Shown in pieces: positions 27,400 to 37,297 of a DNA stretch of 64,000 nt. Origin of the DNA: Octopus vulgaris (Eukaryota). The DNA is taken from assembly GCA_951406725.2 (NCBI GenBank), contig OX597816.1, forward strand, positions 112,096,001 through 112,160,000, written 5' to 3'. Every line of letters starts with the position of its first letter. Positions within the stretch are counted from its first letter, which is position 1. The translations under genes and the position numbers were made by a program. The notes beneath the pieces are model-generated. The model ran no database searches, was not told where the DNA came from, and saw only the letters and a list, made by a program, of their open reading frames with translations.

Positions 27400-27561
27400 G
27401 TTTTCCAACTTTGTTCATAGGACAGTTATCTCCCCTGTCAGTGTATATAAATTTATGCTTATGCAGTTTTAAGAGTTTTAGCTAATATTTCTAGCAGTAT
27501 AAATGCTATTCAGTATCCTCAATCACAATTAGTGACGTTTAATTTTCTTCTGATACATATG

Positions 27562-27925
27562 GGTGCAGGCATGGTTGTGTGGTAAGAAGCTTGCTTCCCA
27601 GCCACATGGTTCTGAGTTCAGTTCCATTGCATGACATCTTGGACAAAAGCCTTGTGAGTGGATTTAGTAGATGGAAATTGAAAGAAGTTCATCGTATATA
27701 TGTATATATTTGTGTGTCCGTGTTTGTCCCTGGCCCCGCACCATTGCTTGACAACTGATATTGGTGTGTTTACATCCCCCTTACGTAGGGATTCACCAAA
27801 AGAGACCAATAGAATAAGTACTAGGCTTACAAAGAATAAGTCCTGGGGTCAATTTGTTTGACTAAAAGTGGTGCTCCAGCATGGCCACAGTCAAATGAAG
27901 GAAACAAGTAAAGGAATAAAAGAAT
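27562..27925 (+). mobile_element. SINE family A
   Basis: Near full-length copy with a small internal deletion. Confidence 0.85.
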
Positions 27926-28429
27926 ACATATATATATATACACACACACACACACAAACTTACAATGGGCTTCTTTCACTCACAAAGCATCTTTCAGCCC
28001 TCTTGGGTTATAGTTGGGTTATATCTCAGTCAAGATGCTACACAGTGAAGCACAGAGAATCCAACATCGCATAGGTAGGAAGTATGCTTCTTAACCTCAC
28101 AGCCATGCCTGTTCAGAAGATTTTAGTAAAAATTAGTGACCAGTCAGCATAATGAAATCAAAATTATATATTCAGTTTTTCCCTATCACAATATTCTTTT
28201 AGTATAATAAACAGTATATTTACAATTTTAACACCAATTAATTCACAAGTTGCTCAATCTATTCAAATCTTCTTCATGATAAACTCACTGCAACATACTT
28301 CTTAAATGATCAAGTAACTCAGACAAAAATATGCATTTACACTGTACATACACGTTGTGTGTATACATATATATACAGATACACACACACACATGAGCAC
28401 ACACATACACATATGTACTCACACATATA

Positions 28430-28973
28430 TTGGGTTGTCCAGAAAGTACATGCCAATTTATAGTAGCTTACTTTTGAATTAGGATTTGATTGCACCTCCA
28501 TTTAGAGCACAGTTTAAGCTATCTTTTCATGGAAGAAGGTTTATGTTCCTATAACCTGTGTTAATTCTGTAACCTTTAAAATGGAAGATAAGAAAGTTCA
28601 TTTTCAGCACTTGATGCTTTTCGTTTTGCGTAAAGGAAAAATGCCTCACAAGCAACCAAAGAAATATGCACAATTTGCGGTGATGTTTCTTTATCTGAAA
28701 GAACTGTACGGAAGTGGTTCGCAAGGTTCCAAGCTGGAGATTGTAGCCTTATTGATAAAGAGCGATCAGGCAGACCATCCACTACAGATGATGACCAAAT
28801 CAAGTCATTAATAGAGAATAACCCACATTGCACAACCGAGAATTGGCAGAAAGCCTCAACCTGTCAAAAAAAGTTGTTCATGAGTACCTGGTAAAGCTTG
28901 GGTACACAAATCGCTACGATGTTTGGGTACCACATGAGTTGAGTGAGAAGAGCCTTTTGGATTGCATTTCCAT
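28430..28973 (+). mobile_element. 5' half of a mariner (mellifera-like)
   Basis: TA + ttgggttgtcc TIR start; MEDKKVHFQHLMLF..RKGKNASQA..KWFARF..RSGRP..RYDVWVPHELSEK; breaks off at the junction with an RTE LINE. Confidence 0.88.
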
Positions 28974-30522
28974 CTGTCTTCCTAGGTCTACCTCTACCCC
29001 GGATTCCTTCAACTATTTGGGAGTGGCACTTCTTCACACATCTTTCCTCATCCATCCATAGTACATGACCATACCAGTGTAAACGTCTCTCTTGCACGCC
29101 ACATCTGATACTTCTTAGGTCCAGCATTTCTCTCAGGGCACTTACACTCTGTCGTGTGTGCACACTGACATTACACATCCAGTGGATCATGCTAGTTTCA
29201 TTTCTTTCAAGCCTACGCATGTCCTCTGCAGTCACAGCCCATGTTTCACTACCGTGAAGCATGGCAGTTCACACACATGCATCAGACAATCTACCTTTCA
29301 CCCTGAGTGAGAGACCCCTTGTCACCAGTAGGGGTAGAAGCTTTCTAAACTTTGCCTAGGCTATTCGTATTCTAGTGGTGACACTCTCTGAGAATCCACC
29401 TCCACTACTAACTTGGTCACCTAGGTAGCGGAAACTATCAACTACTTCTAGTTTCTCCCACTAGAGTGTGATGGAATCTCTTTTCTGAGTATCCGTGGTG
29501 TCTATTGCCCCTGTGCATCTGCCGCACATGAAAGCTATCTTCTCGGTTAATTTTCCTTTGATGTTGCTGCACCTCTTATGTTTCCATAGCTTACACTGGG
29601 TACATCTTATGAAGTTTCTACCTACACCTTTTCTACAGATCAAGCAGGGCCACCTACCTGAAGGGGTGTGTGATGAGTTCGCCTTCCTACTTACTATAAC
29701 TTTGGTCTTTGCTACATTGATACTAAGGCCTTTTGATTCTAAACACCCGAAATTTCTTTTCGAGTTCCAGTAGGAATTCTTCTATGAGGGCCAGGTCATC
29801 AGCACAGAGGAGCTCCCAGGGGCAACCCGTCTTGAGTTCCTCTGTTATTGCCTGGAGGACTATGATGAATAAAAGGGGACTGAGGGCTAAACCTTGGTGG
29901 ACTCCTACTTCTACCCGGAATTCTTCACTATACTCGTTGCCAATCCTAACCTTACTACCGGCCTCTCTGTATAGGGCCTGTACAGCCATTATTAACCATT
30001 CATCAATCTCCAGTTTGCACATCGCCCACCAGATAAGGGATCAGGGGACCCTGTTAAAGGCTTTCTCCAAGTCCACGAAAACTAAGTAGAGGGATTTATC
30101 TTTAGCTAGGTATTTCTCCTGCAGTTGTTGAGCCAGGAATATGGCATTAGTGGTGCTTCTATCCGGCACAAAACCGAACTGCATCTCATCTAAGCAAACT
30201 CTCTCCCTAATGAGATGGGCTATGACCTTCTCTGTGACCTTCATCACCTGATCCAGCAGTTTAATACCCCTGTAGTTATTTCTATCTAGAGCATCACATT
30301 TACCCTTGTAGCAGTTGACTATGGTGCTGCTACCCCAGTCACTGGATATGACTCCATTATGAACTACCTGGTTTACAATGCGGGTGACTAGGCCATAGCC
30401 CACGCCACCAGATGTTTTAAACATCTCAGCAGTGATTCCTGATGGACCGGGGGCTTTTCCTGGCTTCATACCCTTAATTGCTTTATCTACTAGGGAGCTG
30501 TCTATTGGGATAGCTGGTCCTT
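28974..30522 (-). mobile_element. RTE-clade LINE fragment (reverse transcriptase region, decayed)
   Basis: KPGKAPGPSGITAEM, NYRGIKLL, QFGF, FVDLEKAFNRVP, GVHQG..LSPLLF, LCADDLAL, a Cys-rich module, LHGSETW, RRLHWYGHV, GRGRPRKT; frameshifted. Confidence 0.92.
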
Positions 30523-30739
30523 GGCAAGATAAACTGTAATGAATATATAATACTGTATACTATGCAAGTGTATATAGTTCATATTTTTATAAACTAAATG
30601 TGAAATTTCTGTCTTATAATATTTACTAATGCTGATTCTATTTACATTACTTGAATTTAATTCCTCTCTATTTAATGCAGTATGTAAGATAGTTGGGTGT
30701 AAATATATTCAATTATCATCATGAAATTCTCTCTCAATC

Positions 30740-30809
<70 letters not shown>

Positions 30810-30861
30810 TAAATATATATATATATAAATATATGTATATGTACATATATATATATATATG

Positions 30862-30896
<35 letters not shown>

Positions 30897-31392
30897 CTGC
30901 AAATATACATATATGCATATATATGCGTGTGTGTATGTATATTTATTCTTTCTGAATATTATCACTAGAATCAGTTCTATCTCTTCTATTTTACTTATGT
31001 CTTTCAACCTGTGAAAGTACTTGGGGCTTCTCTTTGAATCTGATAAAGTTATCAGCTAGTAATCAATTGTTCTCTTTCAAAGAGATAATTCCTCATATAC
31101 TTCACGATAAACTGTAGTCTACATTGCTAATAGATAAAAATCTTTTCCTCCACCCAAGATGTTACTTGAAAACCAGTCAGACGTTTCTTTCATTATAAAA
31201 GTGCCAAATTGAATTGGAAGTATCCCTATAGACAATGTGGGTTTAATTTACTCTCCAAGATATAACTTACACTGGCAAATCTTCCTGGTCAATATTTATG
31301 TAACAAAACTATTTCTAAAATTTAACTTCACTTACACCATTATACAAATCTGAATACTTTTTCACGCACACACACACAGACACATATATGTA

Positions 31393-31430
<38 letters not shown>

Positions 31431-31746
31431 ATAGATCGTTAGCTCCTACACGCATTTTTTTCTCTCCTTGTTTTTTTCTGTGTACCTTTCTGTAGAAGAG
31501 CGTAGGACCGAAACATAAAAGACTTTTACTGTTCCTGAGCGCTATACTAATATATCTGTTTGTTTGTACACCACCTGCCTTCGTCTTTTGTTTATTTTCC
31601 TAAACTTTCCCTTTATACATATATATACATATATACATATGTATATACATATACATATATACATATACATATATACATATACATATATACATATACATAT
31701 ATACATATACATATATACATATACATATATACATATATACATATAC

Positions 31747-32062
31747 ATCATCATCATCATCATTTAACGTCCGTTTTCCATGCTAGCATGGGTTGGACGG
31801 TTCAACTGGGGTCTGGGAAGCCAGAAGGCTGCGCCAGGCCCAGTCTGATCTGGCAGTGTTTCTACAGCTTGATGCCCTTCCTAACGCCAACCACTCCGTA
31901 AGTGTAGTGGGTGCTTTCTACGTGCCACCTGCACAGGTGCCAGATAAGGCTGGCAAATGGCCACGATCGGATGGTGCTTTTTTACGTGCCACCGGCACGG
32001 GGGGCCAGAGGAAGCTGGCAACAGCCACAATTGGATGGTGCTTTTTACGTGCCACCAGCACA
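31747..32062 (-). mobile_element. Family B element
   Basis: Colinear with 13169-13483, with three ggtgctttttacgtgccacc units. Confidence 0.8.
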
Positions 32063-32087
32063 TATGTATATATACATATACATATAT

Positions 32088-32125
<38 letters not shown>

Positions 32126-32148
32126 GTATATATACATATATATATACA

Positions 32149-33021
32149 CAGAGTGCAATGGGTAAATAGTTTTATATATCTATTTTCATGCATGCACATT
32201 GTTTCTTTTTGATTTTGTTGACTACACAGTGTAGTTGGGCACCGTCTGTGAGAAAAACAGCACCATGAGACAATTCACTCTACCAGAAATTTGGAAATGA
32301 CATGCTGTACTGCTTGGCATTCGCACTGGAAGCTCCAATACTAACAGATGGTGAGCACCTTGAACAGCCATTGGCTTGTTATGTCCCCAAAACATGGACT
32401 GAGAGAGATAAAAATCAAACATCCAGTCAACATCATGGTGTTTGGTGTGATCACTAGTGATGGCAACATTAGGCGTCCATTCATCTTCCAATATGGCCTC
32501 AGACTCAACACAAAGGCCTACATCAAGTGCCTGGAGGAGGTAGTGCTGCCTTGGGTCAAGAGGGTGGCTGCTTGAAGACTCTATATCTGGTAACAGGTCT
32601 CTGTACCATGCCACACAAGCAGGAGAACCTAGTCATGGCTGTCAGATAATTTCTGCGACCATATTTCTCCTAACATATGGCCATCTAACTCCCCGTACTG
32701 CAACCCACTTGATAATTATGTGTGGGTGCAGTTGAGTGAGAGACCAACAAAACTCCTTGTAGCACCAAAGATGAACTGAAGGCAAGGATTATGGCAGCAT
32801 TCTCCAGGTTAAACAAGGCAACTGTCCAGAAGAGTTGCAGGAGATTCCGAAGTCGTCTGGAGGCCGTGGTTGAAGCCAATGGCAATTTTATTGAATAAAT
32901 TTATTCTTTAGTATTTCAAGATATTTTAATGTAATTTTGATAAATATAGCTGTTAAAATCAGATGTCAGTGTTATTTTCTTTTCTGCGTAATTTAGATGA
33001 TATTGTATTCGCCACACCCTG
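32149..33021 (+). mobile_element. Internally deleted Tc1/mariner DD37D (maT-type) element
   Basis: HPVNIMVFGVITSDG...W*QVSVPCHTSRRT*SWLSDNF...WPSNSPYCNPLDNYVW; reconstructed spacing is 37 residues between the (mutated) 2nd Asp and the 3rd Asp. Ends cagagtgc.../...cacaccctg followed by TA. Confidence 0.8.
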
Positions 33022-33072
33022 TATATATCATGTGTGTGGGTGTGTGTGTATGTGTGCATGTGTGTATGTATA

Positions 33073-33115
<43 letters not shown>

Positions 33116-33800
33116 TATACATATATGATATATACATATATTTGATGTGTGTGTGTGTCACACTTTGAGTTCAACCTGTTAGTGTTGAGATTACCTTTTT
33201 TCTCTTTCTGATGCTGATGAAATATGCATCAATTTATGCAAATATTGCAGAGGAGGATTGTTGTATTTAATTGATGATATCTTTGATGAAAGTCCCCACA
33301 ATCCAACATGGCAACAATCTAACAACTGAATCCAGAAAATGAAGGCAAAAGTAACTTAAAGGAAAGAAGACCAACAAGAAACAAAATTAGATATTTAATA
33401 TTTATTAATCAATTTTCAATTCATTCCAACAAATTTAATTCCAGAAATGGTGTTGATGAAGAAAATTTGTAATTAAGAATTGCAAAGAAAATATTAAATT
33501 CATAAAAAATAAAGATGCTCTTCTTTATATTCATTATAAAGAATTTTAAATCTACTTCCAATGTATCAGACACTTGATATTTTCTAGTTCTTCATGAGAG
33601 AATGTAGAGAAAACTCACAATCAATAGCAGATTCAATTTATTGAATCAAACTTGGCAGCTAGTTGGTACAGAATCTATATTTTATTCCTTGTAATGAATG
33701 CCATGACAATAGCGATTTTAAAATATGTCATAACATTAGAAATTTTCTCTACCTCACCATGGTAAAGCATCTTTATCTCTACGTGATATATATGTGTGTG

Positions 33801-33834
<34 letters not shown>

Positions 33835-33854
33835 TATATATATATATATACGCA

Positions 33855-33885
<31 letters not shown>

Positions 33886-34064
33886 ACACACATGCAGATA
33901 TATAATATATATGTGCATGCATGTGCATATGTGTGCATGTGGCTGTGTGCTGTTAAGAAGCTTCCTTCCAATTAAAAGGCTTTGAGTTCAGTCCCACTGA
34001 ATGGCACTTTGGTCAAGTGTCTTCAAATACAGCCCTGCACAAAACACCATTTGGTAATGGATTT

Positions 34065-34113
<49 letters not shown>

Positions 34114-34189
34114 GTATGTATCGAAAAGGAGAGAAAAAAAAAAGAGGAGAAAAAAAGAGACATATATGCATATACATACTGTGCTTAAG

Positions 34190-34638
34190 AAGACACAAGC
34201 CAAGTGAAATCATTGTTATGGTTGCTACAAGTGTCATGTAAAAAGTACCTGTGAAATTGTAATCGTGACCATTGTAAGTAGTATGATCATCAAATGTTAG
34301 GTCTTGCAAAGGCGTGGGACGATCTTTGAATGTTGGGCCTCGTGGATGTGATGACAATTGATGGCAACCTTTGGCAATATGTAGTGCTCGGAAAGACTCA
34401 TCAAGCCAAGTAAAATCATGGTTGTGGCCATTGCTAGTGTCATGTAAATAGTATCACATAAAAAGCACCCATTCCACTCCTGGACTGATTGATGTTAAGA
34501 AGGGCATACAGCCATAGAAACCATGGCAAATCAGACTGGAACCTGGTGCAATCCTCTGGCTTACCACTCCCAGTCAAACCATATAACCCATGCCAGCATG
34601 GAAAGCAAATATTAAATGATGATTATGATGATGATGAT
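34190..34638 (+). mobile_element. Family B element (older, longer 5' part)
   Basis: caagccaagtgaaatc repeats followed by the family B 3' module and (GAT)n. Confidence 0.65.
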
Positions 34639-34901
34639 ATTTTTTTAATAGTGACACTTTTGGGAAAATTTTGTAGTTTTAATAAAAGCATATTATTCTA
34701 CCTTTGGTATTCGAGTACTCTTTCTTCTGCCTTGTTTTGTACTAATGTGCTCACCTGTGTGTGTATATATGTGTGTAGATACATATATATATATATATTA
34801 ATATTTTGCATAAGCATAACAAGACTAATAACCTGGCGTAGAACTCAATGTATGTATGGTCCAGAACACAACGTTAGATGAGTATAAAGAGCTAATGAGA
34901 A

Positions 34902-35317
34902 CAAAGAGATGACACTGGAAAAAACAAGTGTTATGTAATGAACTTCATTAGCTTACTACTGTTTCTGCTATGAGAGATGTTGGACATTGAGTTGATTACC
35001 AACATAACATCATATAGTTTCATTGGAGCCTTCAATATGAAATGCACTTTATTTGGGAAAATTACATTTTTGGAACATACAGACATTCTGAGTGAGAAAG
35101 TCTATGTTGACGTCTATGGAAGATTCTGTCCAAAATTCTGTGCCAAAAATGTAATTTTCGCGAATAAAGTGCACTTCATATTCAACGTTCGAATGAAGCT
35201 ACAAGATGTTATCCAGGTACCCAATTAAGAGTCCACTACACCTTATAGCAGAAACAGGTGTAAGCTAATGGAGTTTGTTACATAACCTTGTCTTTTCTCG
35301 TGTCATCAATTTCTTTG
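34902..35317. repeat. ~400-bp imperfect palindrome (foldback)
   Basis: Arms pair, e.g. gatgacac/gtgtcatc, cattagcttac/gtaagctaatg, tgtttctgctat/atagcagaaaca, aatatgaa.tgcactttatt/aataaagtgca.ttcatatt, aaaattacatttttgg/ccaaaaatgtaatttt. Confidence 0.85.
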
Positions 35318-35804
35318 AAGATAAGACCTGTTAGGGGCTTTAAAACTTTAAGTAGCACGGAATTTGAATCAAACTGTTCTGATCCATGTGTTGAGTGCCC
35401 TTCTTTCATTCATTCACTCACTCGTATATATGTGTGTGTATACACACACATATATGTATAATATGTATGTATGATATATGTATGTCACATATATATATAT
35501 ATATATTGTATGTTTGTAATCCATAAATCAAACTTCACAAAAAACAGTCTATGTAAAGAGAATGGGCTAGGTATATTTTTATACCATCAAAAAACATTAT
35601 TAGTGTTTGTGACATGTCTGATCACCAGTTTTGCATCAAATATTGCAATTAGGACGTCAATATCGTCTACAGGCAATATTTGATTCAAAACAAATGGAGA
35701 CATTGTGATTACACTCTGTACTCAATACTTTATTCTGAAGAGCATATGTATATAGATAAAGTTCTAACACCAGGCTATAAGAATCACTATGTCTAAGTGT
35801 TCAC

Positions 35805-36228
35805 GTTTTTCTATCTGTTGTTATTTATCTATCTAACTATTGTATCTAATTTCTCCTCTATTAATTCTGCCCGACCAAGTCTCGCTCTATCATCTATTTT
35901 CAACCCTCGCGTATTTGTCTATCGATCTCCGCCATCTTTGAAGCCTGTTCCCTTAATACACTTCCGCCTTGTCCAAAAATTCCTGTTCCGGTCAATTTCT
36001 TTACTTAAGGCAGCAACATGTGCTCTCTCACTCATTCACTTAGCAGCTATAATCTCGAGCACAGCTAAGTTTGAATGCTTATTTTATTTTCACTTCACTT
36101 CTCGACCAATCATACATGTTTTTCTATCTGTTGTTATTTATCTATCTAACTATTGTATCTAATTTCTCCTCTATTAATTCTGCCCGACCAAGTCTCGCTC
36201 TATCATCTATTTTCAACCTTCGCGTATT
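35805..36228. repeat. 111-bp direct repeat, period 313 bp
   Basis: 35805-35915 and 36118-36228 are identical except for one base. Confidence 0.92.
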
Positions 36229-36481
36229 CGCGGTGCACCCACCCTGCCCACCCCCACCACCAATACCGGATATCTCTATATTTTTGCTCCATCTATACCG
36301 GATGTTGTTTCTCCCACCACCATTATAGGTGTCTACTCTTGAACCCCCCTCCTCAATACGCTATTTCACCATGCATTACCCTCTTGATATCCTACGTTCT
36401 ACTTGCCTAAGAACCTGTCATCATTTCTCTGAACCACCCCTCCCCACTGGTGCTCCCCCATATTTCTGCCCCCCCCCCCAC

Positions 36482-36727
36482 ATAAAAAGCACCATCCGAA
36501 CGTGGCCGATGCCAGACCCCTCTGGCACCTGTGCAGGTGGCACGTAAAAACACCCACTACACTCGCGGAGTGGTTGGCGTTAGGAAGGGCATCCAGCTGT
36601 AGAAACACTGCCAGACTAGACTGGAGCCTGGGGCAGTCCCTAGCTCCCCAGACCCCGGTCGAAACCGTCCAACCTGTGCTAGCACGGAAAACGGACGTTA
36701 AACGATGATGATGATGATGATGATGAT
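36482..36727 (+). mobile_element. Family B element
   Basis: Young copy ending ggacgttaaacgatgatgatg. Confidence 0.8.
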
Positions 36728-36840
36728 ATATATATGTATACCGGAGTAAACACATAAATGTGAAACAAGGTGGAAAAAAGAGTACTCAAATACCAGTGGT
36801 AGAGTAATATGCTTTATTTAAAGCAGCAGAAAATTCAACA

Positions 36841-36885
36841 AAACCTGTTACTCTGAGTTTCACGTTCCTGTTCATCAGACAGTTT
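36841..36885 (-). ncRNA. Minimal type I hammerhead ribozyme motif (left arm of inverted repeat)
   Basis: Minus strand reads AAACTGT-CTGATGA-ACAGGAACGT-GAAA-CTCAGAG-TA-ACAGGTTT. The core is intact, stem III is near-palindromic ACTC(A)GAGT, stem I is CTGT/ACAG, and stem II carries one mismatch. Confidence 0.65.
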
Positions 36886-36909
36886 AAGCAACAAACCATC
36901 ATATAGCAA

Positions 36910-36954
36910 AAACTGTCCAATGAACGGGAACGTGAAACTCAGAGTAACAGGTTT
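36910..36954 (+). ncRNA. Hammerhead motif, core-mutated copy (right arm of inverted repeat)
   Basis: AAACTGT-CCAATGA-ACG-GGAA-CGT-GAAA-CTCAGAG-TA-ACAGGTTT. Stem II is perfect with a GNRA loop, but the core reads CCAATGA instead of CTGANGA. Confidence 0.5.
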
Positions 36955-37123
36955 TGTTGAATTTTCTACTGCTTTAAATAAAGTATATATATGTATATGT
37001 ATATATAATATGAGTAGCTTAGTGAAATACTTTCTTACAGGTTCGGATATACCTCAAGCAAATTGGAACTGGTAACAAGTTTTATTCATATACATCACTG
37101 CTTAGCAGTGTTACCCCATATAT

Positions 37124-37297
37124 ACGAAGGGCTATCCTAAAGAAACCAGAATTTTGCAATATTATCTTATTCACTTAGTTTTACATCTTTACATGTTTAT
37201 CGCCTTCAAAGAATTCTCTATTTGAAGCAATGGATCAGTCCAGGCACATTTTACTCTGTTGGAAGCAGTACTGGAACTCTTGTGAAGTGATGCTTTT
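37124..37297 (-). mobile_element. Mariner 3' end fragment
   Basis: Minus strand encodes KSITSQEFQYCFQQ..IASNREFFEGDK followed by a TIR-like end ...cccttcg-TA. Confidence 0.6.

Larger units (their letters stand above)
26681..27547. repeat. ~125-bp diverged direct repeat flanking an HHR-containing unit
   Basis: 26681-26805 versus 27424-27547 (agttatctc.cctgtca...gcttatgcag...agtataaatgctattc...tcacaattagtgac). Confidence 0.8.
36741..36983 (-). mobile_element. HHR-bearing non-autonomous element with inverted partial duplication (Penelope-like pLTR structure)
   Basis: 74-bp inverted arms 36812-36885 / 36910-36983 (4 mismatches) with a 24-nt spacer. The extension 36741-36820 is homologous to a separate fragment at ~34680-34755. 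Confidence 0.55.
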
